From Magallana gigas (lineage: Eukaryota): a stretch of 64,000 bases of DNA. The stretch covers positions 28,954,001 to 29,018,000 of the forward strand of contig NC_088856.1 of the NCBI RefSeq assembly GCF_963853765.1. Direction: 5' to 3'. This document shows positions 24,873 to 38,556 of this stretch, piece by piece. Numbering within the stretch: the first letter of the stretch is position 1; each line of letters starts with the position of its first letter. The notes beneath the pieces were generated by a model. That model ran no database searches. It had not been told where the DNA came from and saw nothing but the letters and a program-made list of their open reading frames with translations. A program made the translations under genes and the position numbers.

Positions 24873-25968
24873 ATGAGTACAGAGGAGGGGGCTCCTGATA
24901 TAACCTCAAGTATTGTGTCTCCCTCATCTTCGTCCTCGGTCTCCACTAGTCGCATCATCATGGAAGGGGGTGGAATTTCCCCAGAAAACGTCATCCATGT
25001 CATCAACCCGTCCAGCCTCGGGAGTTTGTCCAGCGTGGTTAACGCGGTTTCTTCCACGGCGGCGGGCGGTATGTCTGGCCTCCACACTATTACAATAGCG
25101 CCTGGCTCCTTCCCGATCCCTGTCAACTTTGCCTCCAATTTACAGGTAATGTGTTTAGGTGTGTTATGTGCCATTACATATCTCTCTATTACATTGAAGG
25201 CATATTGAATTTCAGGGCAAGAAGAAGTTTGTATTATAAATTATGCTTTGTGCTGTAAAAAAAATGGGAAAGGATAGGAGGGAGGGGCAAGAATGAAAGT
25301 GACAGCTTTTGAGTGGAAAATGTTAAGATACATGTCAGTTTCTGACAAAAATTTCAATTTTACCACTTTTAATCGAAACAATTTTTGTGTAATATTTTCT
25401 TTTGTTTTCCCTTGGACTAAAATGTCACACTTTCATTGGTTTAAAAATAGCACGTGATTGCCTCATATATCTCTATATTTGTTCTGTGAGAATTAATATT
25501 AGGCAATATGGCCGTCATTGGTCGACGCTTCGCTTACTCATTTCGACATTTCATAATATTTATACATAAACCGCATGCCGTAAGTTCAGTACTTGGAGTT
25601 GTTGCCCTTTGAAATTCTTTAAAATTAGAGTAGTTGCCCTTAGAATATTGACGTCACATTGTTTTGTCTGGAGCAGAACAAAATGGCAGCGTCGAAATTT
25701 GCTCAGATCTCTGCAGAGGAAAGGGAGAAAACATTTAAAATTGAATAGCAACAAAACATTGTAAGTGAACATGGGTGAAGCAAAGATTTTTAAAGAGTAT
25801 TTGAAAGGTGAGATTGAAAATTTTGAAGAGTTTAAATGAGTTAAATTGGACGAGGTGTTAGGCATCTTGTACATGGCTTTGCATAGATCATCGCTATTTG
25901 TGAATAAATATGTCGCTTGATAGTCCTCGGGAAAACAAACCACTTATTAAGTTAGTTACTGACTCACT

Positions 25969-26001
<33 letters not shown>

Positions 26002-26018
26002 CGGCTCGGCTTCGCCTC

Positions 26019-26053
<35 letters not shown>

Positions 26054-29000
26054 ATAGTGAGTCAGTAACTAACCTAATAGTATTGACTCCCATTTAACGA
26101 TATACTCAGTATTCACAGTGGAAATTGACCAAACTTTTTCAGGCCTCCACTAGCACTGCAAGTACTAACGGCAGCAGCGGGCAACAGATCCTGATGGCCC
26201 CGCCCGAGCTAGCAGCCAAGTTAAAGGAAGGCGCCCTACCCACACAAGTTATACAGGTGCCTAATGCCAATCTGGCTTCCATAGACTGGGCTGTAAAACT
26301 GAAGGTGAGCTTGAGCTAAGGATGAGCTCAAGTTTAAAGTGAACTTGAGCTGAAAGTGAGCTTGAATTTAAAGTCAGCTTGAGAACTTGTGCTGCTACAG
26401 TCAGACTCAGTGTTAATGGAGGTTGTAGTGAAAAGGAATATGGTGTCATTCGTTAGATTATTCATGAGGCTGTTCATGCAGGTGGGTCACATGATCTAGG
26501 GTTGTTGATCTTTCCTTAAAGATCATGTGACCAGCCCACATCTGCAGATCCCATGAATGTTTAAAAATGATGCTGTATTACTTGGTTTAATTATTTGAGA
26601 GGCTATTGTTTACTAGTCTACTGAAATTCAATGCATGGCAAAACAAGTTCACTGCCTGATGATTGATATCTAGGTAAATGTGTACATCATTGATTGAGAA
26701 TTCTGCTGAAGAAGTGATAGCTCTTGAACATAACCATTGTTCTTTTTCCTCTTTTTCCTTGCGTGTTATTGATGCCCAACTACCCGGGTATATAGGTATA
26801 CAATTGCCTACAGTGACATTTGAATTATATTGCCTAATTTTACAATTTGGTCTAAAGTAAAGAAATTGATGAAAGTTGTGTCTTTCCTGAAAATTTGAGT
26901 TTTGTTCATAGTTATAGAAGAGTTATAGCCCTTGATTTGTGAAATAGTTTTTAGGATTTCTTTACCTTTACACCATTGTTAGATGTATCGAGCCGATTTT
27001 TGTATTTGGGATTCTCTTTTTATACTTGCTCCTTAACATGCATTTGAACTAGGTTTTGTTGAGGCGTTCATGTCATACTGACATGTCAAATTTCTCTTAG
27101 AGCAATCCTTCATCAGCTAATACATACAGACATGTCTAAACTGAAAGGCAAAGAGCAACTTTTTCTATTATATATTGCCCAATTTTAATTTTTTGCGGCG
27201 CATTTTGTCTTTTCTATGAGAAACGTCTAAGGCATTTGCAAGAATTTTGTTTTTTTGTGTAGGAACTACAACACAATCAGAGGCTGGAGCGACTGAGGGA
27301 TGAACAAAACTTAATCCGAGAGAAGGTCCAGAAAGCGTCATTTGAGAGCAAGTTTGAGCCGTGTGTCGTGTGTGGAGACAAAGCCTCTGGTAAATATCTT
27401 CATCATTATCATTGCTACTCATCATCATCATCATCATTGTTATTACATTCTTCATCACATTTTTTTTCTCTCTGTCCTTTGCTTTCACTGATATTAGGTG
27501 TTGCATCTATGTGTCTTTCTTGAAGTTTGTGCCCTCTGAATTAAATTAGAAGCTGAGGTTCTCTGCAAGTTGCTAAATGTATTATGGTATACAATAATGC
27601 TGAAATACTTAAAATATCAAGGCATAGATATTAAAGTGCAATACCTTTTAATGAGTTATTATCAGTCATAATTTTCTTATACATGGAAGATTTACATGTA
27701 CATACATGGAAGATTTACATGTACTTACATGTATAGTAAACACGCTTATAATGAATTGACTCTTATAATGAAGTGATTTTCATTCCTGTTGGGTTTGAAA
27801 CATACTGTGAAGATGACAGAAATAACGAATAACATTTATAACTAAGCAAAATCTTCCATCCCTGGCACCATAGATGTTGATTTTCCTTTTTATCCATAGG
27901 TCGTCATTATGGCTGCACAAGTTGTGAAGGGTGTAAGGGGTTCTTCAAAAGAAGCATCAGGAAACAGCTGGGGTACGCGTGCCGTGGAAACAAAGACTGT
28001 CCGGTCAACAAACCCCACAGAAATAGGTGTCAGTACTGTCGACTCCAGAAGTGCCTGGCCGTGGGCATGAGAGCAGAATGTGAGTATATAAATATACACT
28101 GTAGTTTGTACTTTTCTACTGGGACTGGGGTTTTGTGAACCAAGGGGACTGTGAGGAACAGTTTGAAGATAAATAACTTTAGATATGGTTTGGAACAGGA
28201 TAATCTTAATGTCCTATTTATTTTTTGGAACAAAGTAAACTTTGTTTGTGATGAAAAGGGTTTATGATATTATTTGGAGTACTCTTTTTGTATTACACTG
28301 CTCATTACAATATCATATGTGGTCCTTAGCTTTTACAAAAAGATATATCAGAGAATCATGTGACCTAACAGTCTGTCATGACCTTAATTTGAGGTCACTG
28401 ACCAAGGTCATTCGTCCTGGCACTTATCCAAAAGAGGCCAAGCGTGGGGCAAAAGCCCTTCATTAGCATTTCTGGTTGTAATTTTTATCAAGATAGGTTT
28501 GTGATGTGCCTGTGAACATTTTCCATTTTCAGCTGTACAGCAAGAGAGGAAGCCTCCAGAGAAAGAACAGCGACCACAGTTCCCTGCGACAGTGGCCACA
28601 TCTACACAGAAAATCTACATCCGCAAAGATCTCAGCAGTCCCTCGGCATCACTTCCTACATTTGCAGGCAAAGTATGTAGCCAGGTCTAGTCTTGTTTTT
28701 GATGTGCAGTGTACATGCCATTTGCTGTTTTATACAGAATAGGCAGTTGTCATTAGAATAATGTGATTCTTGCAAAAAGTTACATTTAAAGTTTCATTTG
28801 GTATAAAAAAAAAAAAAAAACTTACGATTTGAATTTCAATAGTACCACCATGGCTAATTAAAGCTATATTCCATAAAATTGCTAAATTAAAAACTGCTAA
28901 GATTTTTACATTATATAGTAAATTGACAGTACATTGTATGAGGATTTCTTAAAGAGTCCCACACAATTCATTTTACCACCGTTGTATATTCTTTTTTTTC

Positions 29001-29365
29001 AAAATTTGAAGCTAAGAATCAGATAGACTAAAGCCTATGTGATTATTAAGCCAGTATTGTTTCATTCATGGTATAAATGTATTGTTTCAGTTAGAAGACG
29101 CTGGTGCTCAGAGAACGGCCAGTAACTTGTTGGCGAATCTCCAGGAGAGAATTGTCCACACAGATCAGGGTAGTGTCATCATGGGAGGGGCAGTGCCCGC
29201 CTCCACCACAACAGGTAAATGTCTACCTGCAATACATGTAGCCCTCTCCAATTTTTTTCATCTAACTCTTTCTTGGTGAGGGCTTCAATTTCATGTGCAA
29301 TTCCATGCACAGATTCATGTGAGGATATCAAATTTACAGTTGACAGTGTGTGTGTGTGTGTGTGT

Positions 29366-29412
<47 letters not shown>

Positions 29413-32400
29413 GTTTCTTTGTTACAGAAAGATCTGACTGAATTATTCTTTGTGATAGATCTGAGTACATTGGCCAATGTTGTCACTACGTTAGCCACAA
29501 TGAGCAAGAATGCGGAGGAGGATCAGACCCCGTCTAACGGTGACATGGGACTAGGAGGCGACACATCAAACAATGCCGCGAAGGCCTTTGACACACTGGC
29601 TAAAGCTGTCCAGCCTCAGGTACTCATCAGGAATCTTCATTCTAAACCTAAATATTTGCAAGTGAAATATTTATTTTTAAAAAATATATGTATTCCATGT
29701 ATAGGAAAGTGAATGCATGTTTTTAATCGGTGGATTTGTTGTGAAGCAAACCTCTTTCACACTATGCATCACTGAGATAATAATTGATTAAGTGCTGATA
29801 TTTTAACAATTACATTATAATTGATGACTGAGTGTTTAATCACCTATTTTGTACAGTCATATAATTTTTTGAACCCTTCCTTAAACCCATTCTTCAAATT
29901 CATGTGACTGGGTTTTGTTTTTTTGTTTTATCTATTTTATGAATTCAAAATGACTAATCCCAAGTTTTCATGTCTGAGTCCTTTTGATGCACATAGATGA
30001 CAGATAAGTGTGTTTCATGGACTGACCTGATTACCCTCCTTTTGCAGCCCTTGGACCAGTCCTCTCTGTGTGACAGTAGTCTGGATCAGTCCTCCCTCAG
30101 CATGGATCTCGGCTCCGAGTACAACCGAGATAGCTCCATCGTAGTCGAGGTTGACGGTAAGTCACTTCTCAAGCTTCAACTGTTTTATTTGAGTCATAAG
30201 TAAAAGCAATAGCAATGACCTAGCAGTTTATCTTAACTTTGAATTTGATCTATTCCAATTTAAAAAATGCTAAACAGTGCTGAAAAGTTCAAATAACGCC
30301 AGGGGAAAGTGCTAAATAAATGTTTCATGTGGTTATACAGAGGGAGACCCTGCTCTCTAGTTTAGAGATGAATTAATGCATGCAGTATAGAATATATAGA
30401 TAAGATAATTTTCTGATATTTTCAACATCTATCTCTTAAATCTTTGAATCATGAGCAAGAGAGTATAATTGTATTTATATATCACCTTTTTTTTTTTAAT
30501 TCAACTTTCAAGGGTTTATATTTGTCATACATGTTTTTAGGTAGGGGTTGGTTGAGCTATTGACAGAATTGAAAAAAAGGGGGTATATTTTACCCTTCAC
30601 ATTTGTAAAGCATACTACAGTATTAGTCAAAAAACATTTAACAGTATGTACACAATATGAATTAATCTTCTTGATCTGTAGAATTTGTATTTGTTGCAGT
30701 GCGAATCTTTTGATAAATCAGTATATTAAGATGTATGTGTGAAATGACATGCTTTAATAGTGATATGTTGAAATTTTTGTTTCTCCAGGCCCGGTGCTGA
30801 CTCAGCAGAATTTTACTTTCAACCTGACCACCCCCTCGCCCATGCCGGCGTACCTGAACGTGCATTACATCTGTGAGACTGCTTCCCGCCTCCTGTTCCT
30901 GTCCATGCACTGGACACGCTCCATTCCCGCGTTCCACGTTCTAAGGTCAGTTCTCTCACCTCTGTGTCAAATGCAGGATCAAAGGGCAAATCTTGAAAGG
31001 GGTTGGGGGGGGGGGCTGGAAGGGAGAGGGTTAAAGTGTCTTGATTACACTAGCTTGACCTCGAGAAGAACTTTTTTCTAAACATTTCTTCCATATAAAT
31101 AATAATTTTCCGGTACATAACCCCTTATTTAAACTATCAAAAATTATTAATTTTTGAAGTGCAATATAATTGAATCTTCAGCTTTGCACATTGTCTGGAT
31201 TCTGTGACTTGACAGTTATTTGTAAATCTTGTCTGTTTGTAGCCAAGAGGTCCAGACGATCCTAGTGAAGTCGTCCTGGAGTGAGCTGTTCACCCTGGGC
31301 CTGGCTCAGTGTGCCCAGTCCATGTCTCTGTCCACCATCCTGATGGCCATACTGAACCATCTACAGACCGCACTCCAACAAGGTAAATCTATAGCTAGTA
31401 AACATGAACAGCTGTACTGAACCACCTACACACAGCCCTCCAACAGGGTAAATCTATAGGTAGTAAACATGAACAGCTGTACTGAACCACCTACAGACAG
31501 CCCTCCAACAGGGTAAGTCTATAGCTAGTAAACATGAACAGCTGTACTGAACCACCTACAGACAGCCCTCCAACAGGGTAAATCTATAGGTAGTAAACAT
31601 GAACAGCTGTACTGAACCACCTACAGACAGCCCTCCAACAAGGTAAATCTATAGCTAGTAACCATGAACCGCTGTACTGAACCACCTACAGACCGCAATC
31701 CAACAAGGTACGACCAAAAAATAATTATATTGGTTCTTTGGAATCCCAGCATTACATTTGTGTCAAATGCGGCCATTTTGATCAATTTTATTGCCACATT
31801 GAAAAGAAAAATAACTCTATTTCCAATTTTAAGTTAAAAAATGGAGATTGGGTTATTTCCCTTTGTATATCTTTCAATGAAAATAGATTTAAAATATCTG
31901 CCTGCCACATTATACATTGAATTTTTTGGCATGATTGTCAAAAGTTCAATTTTTGGGGGTCTAAGTATAAAGAGTTGGCATCAGTTGCAGAGTAGGGTCA
32001 AAATATTTGTGGTAATAGCTGTTTGACTTCAAAGGAACTATTGTTTCTAATCTTATTAAGTTCAAATTCTGCTCTTTTTGTCACATTTCATAAACTAATA
32101 AGTCACAATGTTTATAGTATACTATTTAAAAGAAAAGAATAAAACTTTTACAAATAATAGTGCAGTATTGTTAATCAAATATTCAGGTGAATCGTATTTG
32201 CACAAAAATTTTGCAAAATACACATGTTTACGGGAAGATGATTTAGCATAACTGAATGAAATGGAGTGTCAATTTGTATAGACAGTTTGTAAATTATCTC
32301 TCATTTGATGTTTGTAGACAAGAACTCGGCGGAGCGTGTGAAGCTGGTGATTGATCACATTCTGAAGCTTCAGAACTACATCCAATCACTGGAGGCCTTA

Positions 32401-33681
32401 CAGATAGACTCAGAGGAGTTTGCCTATCTGAAGGCCCTAGTCCTGTTCTCTCCAGGTAAATGGATTACTGTAGATTCCTCATCTATCGCGAGGAATTTAT
32501 ATTTGCGTAAAATCGCGAGAAGTATATCTCGCAGATTTCAAAATTTTGCTTTTATTTTACGGATAGATATAAACTAAATAGAACTATGATAAAAATTTGG
32601 CGTTTGCGATTTCATATTCTCGCGATTTGATGTAAAACGGTTCAATTGCGGAATTTAGTACTCGCGTGAAATAAGGAATTTACAGTACTGTGGAGTCATT
32701 AAATTTTGTGGGACCCAAATTTCATGGATTTTAGGTTTTTTGCTTATTCATGGGGATGCATCAGTTTTCAGTTTCAATAGGAAAAATCACTCTTTCTAAA
32801 TTTGAATTCGTGTTGGCTCAATATTCGTGGGGAGGGCTACACACGAATATTGAGCCAACACGAATTCAAATGGTTTTTCACAGTATTCACATTGTAGATC
32901 TGTCTATGGAAGTTCCTTGTAAACTATTTTTTAAAAATTAGTTAGTGATAAAAATGCATTTAATACATGTTTACATAGATGTTGGTAGAAGAAAATGTTA
33001 CAGATAAATTTTCTTAATATTTTTTTATTGGGGAAGGGGGGGTGGGGGGGTTGTTGTTGTTTAAATAATGTTATCCCTTTACATACCGGTAGTCATGAAA
33101 TATGAACTTTTTTTAATGACAATAATTTGTAATCTACATTTTTACTGGAAGAGGAAATGTTTGTTTTCAAAGTCCAAAACCTGTTTTATTGCAGATATAG
33201 GCATTATGATAAGACTTTGAAAAGATTTCAGCTGAATTTTGTCATTTACATAGAGTTATATTTCACAGATACTCCGTCTCTGCCCAATGCCCCACAGATT
33301 GAGAGGGTCCAAGATAGAGCTCAGCGGGAGTTGGCCAATCACGTTCGACAGACCCACCCCTCAAATCCTGACCGCCTAGCCAAACTATTGCTCCGCCTCC
33401 CCGCTCTTCATTCTCTCAGTCCCAGCGTAATGGAGGAACTGTTTTTCGCCGGCCTGATCGGCAGTGTTCAAATTGACAGCATAATTCCATACATTCTCAG
33501 AATGGAGACCGCCGAATACAACTCACAGATGGCGGGGCAGGGCCTGCAGGGGGCAGCTGAGGGGACAGGGTTGGACTCCACCCCCACGGGGTCCATGTTG
33601 TTTGCTTCTCCTCAGATCACGACCGCTCAGATGACTTCAGAGGCAATTTCAGCACTACAGACATCCATTGCGACGACATAA
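24873..33681 (+). CDS. NR2C2: Nuclear receptor NR2C/D (TR2/TR4/Hr78 ortholog), 707 aa, 12 coding exons
   Basis: Exons 24873-25145, 26143-26304, 27263-27389, 27900-28079, 28533-28672, 29091-29214, 29459-29619, 30048-30156, 30789-30945, 31243-31382, 32318-32455, 33269-33681 (2124 nt, phases compatible). The DBD reads [34 protein letters not shown]4-type motifs are [47 protein letters not shown] and [17 protein letters not shown]. There is an in-frame stop upstream of the ATG. The symbol denotes the NR2C1/2 co-ortholog. Confidence 0.93.
25385..25940 (+). mobile_element. Decayed Crypton-like (tyrosine recombinase) non-autonomous element in NR2C intron 1
   Basis: Disrupted peptide [19 protein letters not shown] / [47 protein letters not shown] (25683-25890) follows the N-terminal pattern I recall for Crypton/DUF3504-type YR proteins. 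Inverted ends are ttttgttttcccttgg and cctcgggaaaacaaa. Confidence 0.55.
25945..26079. mobile_element. 135-bp palindromic element (60-bp arms, centre ctc-GGCTTCGCC-tcg)
   Basis: Arms 25945-26004 and 26020-26079 with 3 mismatches. The minus-strand centre reads cga-ggcGAAgcc-gag. Confidence 0.8.
26301..26392 (+). repeat. Five decayed 17-18-bp repeats starting at the NR2C exon-2 donor
   Basis: aaggtgagcttgagct / aaggatgagctcaagttt / aaagtgaacttgagctg / aaagtgagcttgaattt / aaagtcagcttgagaac. Confidence 0.6.
29346..29409. repeat. Compound (TG)n(TC)n microsatellite ~50 bp upstream of an NR2C acceptor
   Basis: Directly visible. Confidence 0.95.
31351..31710 (+). repeat. 65-bp tandem repeat spanning the NR2C exon/intron junction (5 full units plus 1 partial)
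   Basis: Units start at 31351, 31416, 31481, 31546, 31611 and 31676. Each contains the exon end and donor (ccaaca(a/g)g|gta). Confidence 0.95.
32468..32883. mobile_element. Two TA-flanked MITEs in tandem sharing a TA, 12 bp into an NR2C intron
   Basis: TA|ctgtagattcc...atttacag|TA|ctgtggagtc...ttcacag|TA. The second resembles 12694-12905. Confidence 0.7.
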
Positions 33682-34748
33682 CAGCAAGGTTTTTTAAATG
33701 GAGCATTTTTTTTTTACATTGACAGAGATACATGAAGGGAAGGAAGAATATTCATGAAAATCAAAAAACGAAAAAAAAATTAAGGAAGAAAAAAATTTAT
33801 TTTAAAGGAGAGGAATTACATCATCCAACTGTTGTTAGAGAGTTGTTGTTTGTTATTTGTTAATTATTGAGAGTTTAAAAACATTCGAGACTCAATGTGA
33901 TATGTGGACGGAAGCTTCAGTGAGTTTTCTCCTTTTGGAGATAGACTTACGGCAGTTTGGAATTTGTTGTTTTTGAAAAAAAAATGTGGTATGATGGAGA
34001 GATTGTCCCTGTATCCAACAGTGGATTTGAATTGGCCATGTTATTCTCTGATATGCATTGGCAGACACATTTGTGTAAAAAAAAATTTATTTTACATACA
34101 ACATGTACAAGACATAGATGAGGTGTAATCTCTGTGGGATCCATTTCATCGTTTCTCATCATCAGCATAGATGTACCGTTTATTGCATTTCAAAATGTAA
34201 CAGAATTTCACTCATCTTGAACCTGTTGGATTTATCCATGTGTAATTCATTATGGTATGCTGTTGGTTTTAATATTACATCAGTTTAGTGCTACTCATTC
34301 GTGAAATACAACACGTTTTTATCTAAAGAATTCTTTTCCTGTAAAAGACCTAGATGTGGGATGAAGAAAATTGTCTTCATTCCTGGAAAATGAAAAAAAA
34401 AATTCTTTCATCCCATCACCAAACGCTATTAAAATTTATGTACAGTTCCAATTTATTTGCTCTGTGACAAAGACCAAAAACACACAAAGAATATTTTAGT
34501 GCTTTGAAACTTTTTTTTTTTAACAGGTCATTGCATGTTTTGGATTTTGTTGAATTGAACTTTTTTTTAATTCAAATCCTATCTTTATAAACAGGACAAT
34601 ATTGTTTCAGTGGGAAAATCCTTTTAGAATTGTTTGAATTTTGTGTTTTTATCTTGTTCTTCGATATTTTTTTAATTTAAGACATGTTGTGATATATACG
34701 TGTGAATGTCATTGAGAACTTTGGGGGTTTTTTTTATGGCCAACTTAA

Positions 34749-35821
34749 GGTAGCTCGCGGGTTTACATGCTTGTGAGAAAACCTACCTCGAAAATTTGTT
34801 CACGTGATCCATAGGTTTCAGAGTTTTATTTCTAAAATTTATTTGAGATTCGTCTGCGCGGTAATAATGTTACCGTGTTTTAAATACAGTGTCATTAATA
34901 AAATCAAGCAACGCCATTTCAATGAAATATATAGTAAAATGCACATCTTAGTCGAAAAACGTATTACAAAACTATGCTCCAAACTTTTAAACGATTCAGA
35001 CGAATTTAATTATACTCAACACAATAACAGAGGAGATAATTTTGAATCAATTCATAAAAAATAATCAGTATGTGTTCTCGGCCAATTTTTGGCAAAACAA
35101 CTTCGAAGATTTAAAAGATTTCTCAAAACCGTATATTTTCATTACGACGTTAGCCCGACGTCATTATTTCCTTACGTCGGAGAACCCAAAAATTGAAATG
35201 CATTAACTGCCAAGACTAGCTGATTAACACATTTTGGAACATGTAAATACTAATTATACATTATTGTGAATGTTATCAAATGCACAAATGCTATTAATGT
35301 AAGGCAGTAAAGATACAGAAAATTGCTATTTTTGTTTTTATGAAACTCTGAGTCAATCAATGCAAAAAAAAAGAAATGCCAGGAAACTACTGAAATAAAA
35401 GTTTGTAATCGTATAAAATAATTAGTTCAAGCCAAAAGAATTTTAAAAATTTGATCGGTAGTTAAAATTACGGTAGTTATAATTGTAAAAAAAAAATAGC
35501 AAAGTTAATGCATACGGTTCAATTGATTTACTTGTCTATTTTAAAACATGATTCTAAATGGAAAAGTTCCAACGCACACTCATACTCATAAAACAAAAAT
35601 GGAACATGTGACAATTTATGTGACATCTTTAAATTTTCAGCACTTGATGATAATAAATGTTTGTATAAACAGTAATATTTTTAACATATTTCCTTTTATG
35701 CTTCAAAATATCTCATTTGTCATTTTGAAAAAAATGTAGCCTATTATTACTATTAGTTTACTATGAAGGTCAACTTTTTACGTTGATTCCTACTGTGACG
35801 TCAGCAAACCCGCGAGCTACG
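34749..35821. mobile_element. 1.07-kb TTAA-flanked Kolobok-like non-autonomous DNA transposon downstream of the NR2C stop
   Basis: TTAA at 34745-34748 and 35822-35825. TIRs are ggtagctcgcgggttt and aaacccgcgagctacg (15/16 match). Confidence 0.75.
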
Positions 35822-38556
35822 TTAAGTGGAAAGATATAGATAGATTTGTTCTCTTCTCTGTGCTTTTATTTTATCTGTCTAAGCTGTTGTGTCTTATATC
35901 TGATCAGCCATATTTGAACAAAATATTCATTGTATGAAATACGACATTTTCTTGGGCCGCTTAAATTTTCAAAATTCCGCTTTTCAATCATATGAATACT
36001 TTCTTCCATATTTTCATCATTTTTAATTAATTTTTTTCTTCAATCTATCTATAGATGTAGGATTAAGATGTTTAAATGATGAGTATTTATCTTTTTATTG
36101 TTGAGAAATATGTTACTGGTTTATAGTGTGTTGTAAAAGATTATGAAGGTGCTATGACAAATTGAGACTGATTTTCCAATTGTTACGAATATCATATTTC
36201 CAATCTTTGTCATGATGTTGTACTGCAATGAAGCATTTTGTCATCCCACGAGTAATAGTCAAGCATGCATTTGGTTACGGCCCTGTAGAGTTGCCCTTCT
36301 TTTCTTGTGATTTTTAATTACCCAAAGCATCAGCTGTTGTACTGGTTAATCAAATTTTAATTTTTGTCGTACCGTTTAAATTTTTCAAACTGCATTCAGC
36401 CATATGGCATCTTGACAGTATTTTGCCCCACTACCTGTCCCCCTCTTAAAATCCCCCCCCCCCTAAAAATGTTTCAGAAAAAAAAATGGAAACAAGTTTG
36501 TTTACTGTGTTGCCATGGTTACATGTTATATCGTCATCATATATGTTTGTGTAAGTATTTCACAAGTATTAATCTGAGGCCAACTTTCTTATTTCCATTT
36601 GTGTTTTATATGTTTCGTACGTGTGTTTGTGTGTGTTTACGATCTCTGTTGTCTATGCGTACATCGGTAGAGTAGAGACGATTGTAGCTTCATGTATTCT
36701 CATCTAATGAGTATAATCTGGCCTTCTGCCTTGGAAAGAAACTGCAGGTTCGATCAATATTCATGACGTGTATTTTACTCTCTTTTTTTCATCTCATTCC
36801 ACACATTTGTTTATAATTTTGTAGTATTTTTTTTCTAAGAAAAAAAAAATTATCTTGGCATACAAAGTATTTTCATATAAAACATGTCACTTGTTATTTT
36901 GAAAATTCCGTAAAACATCAGAGTTGTCTTTCCTATAAGAGAAATACTAGCCTAAAAGTAAATAGAGGAAAAAGTAAATCTTTTTATATGTTAACAATCT
37001 GACTGAAAGAAATGCAAATATATCTTATTTTTTTGTAAGTATAAGGCTTTCTCTAAAATTTAAGTTCATCAGTTAAAGGGATTTTCTGAACCTTTATATT
37101 CCGGATATTGGAGACAGAAAAAGGGGGGGGGGGGGTCGAAAAATTACAATGAATAATTTGGTTCACCAATAATTCTTGTACACACGCCTTAGTTTCTTTC
37201 CACGGAGAGTTGTTGCTTTCTATATAATTATATATGTGCATGTCTGTGAAACAGAATTTTCTTAAGAGTTTGAATTCCTTTAACTGTCTAGGTCTGTTTG
37301 ACAGGCCGTTACAATGAGATAACTTATAATGGACTCGTCGCCATTGTCAAGTGGGCTTCTCCCGTTTTCTTTTTTGTTTCTTTTTTGCTTTGTTTATAGA
37401 ACAAATACATGTATGTCATACCGTATAAATCAACTAGATAAAATTTGGAAAGTGGTGGTATTACTACTATATTTCTTCTTCTGTTATTTGGTGAATATTA
37501 AAAAAAGTTTGGAAACTTTGCTTGTTTTTTTTTTAAATTCTTTTTTTGCTTGTTTCATTAGCTGGCAAAGATATGTGGATTATAAACGTGTAAACATGGA
37601 TTCCCGACATGGAGAAGTTCAATTATTTGCAGCTAGCATTGTACTCTTTTATTCAAGTCAAAACAGCCCCCCCCCCCTTCAATTTCAATTGCTTCTGTTG
37701 CTGACACCAGTCCTTGTCAGTCCTTTCTGGTATTTAGCCGTTTTAGTACATTAAAAAGCTTTAAATGTGTACATAATGATAATGTGCAATATTATTGGAA
37801 TGAAGTAGATCGCAGAAGATAAAACATTGAACCAGAGAAATATCAATCTTAATTATAATAAAAGCTAGCTAAGACTGACCATGCAGGTCTTTATGCGTAT
37901 ACTGTGAAGGAAAAGTCAATTTGAACAAGTACGTCTTTTGGTACTCAACTTAGAGCCATGCTTGCTTTAAAACGCTTCGAGCACTTAGTCTTAAATTATG
38001 TACTTAACTCGTAATTTGGCCACTAAAGTCTTTAACAATTTTCCATCAAGGTCTTGAATGTTGAAAAAAAGAAATGATTACAAAGCTATAAGTGCCAAAA
38101 ACGTGTTTTGGCCACCAATTGCAAAAACTTACTTGTTTTTTTTTCACTGAAGACTGGAATGTTGTAAAATAATCATATCGGGAAAAAATTCTGGAAAACG
38201 AAGGACAGAATGTCCGACGGACAGCGATTAAGACTCGAGTCCCCTCCGCCTTCACCGTAAGGAAACTAGAAAGGTGCACTTTTAATTTGACTTTTTAATG
38301 CCTTTAATTTTGTGAAACATCTGGATATTATATCAAAATTTCTTTTGGCTTTTGATTTATAATATATAAAAAAAAAAATCTTGTAACACCACTAGAAAAG
38401 ACTTTGATAAATTTAGTTAGAGGACTGCATGAGGGTCGGCAAAGCATCAATACTATATAATCACACAAGTCCACATGCTGACACAACGTGTTGGACAATT
38501 AAGTTTTTAATGCTGTGTACAGTGTATATATTAAATAAGAAATCATTCTTTGAGTA

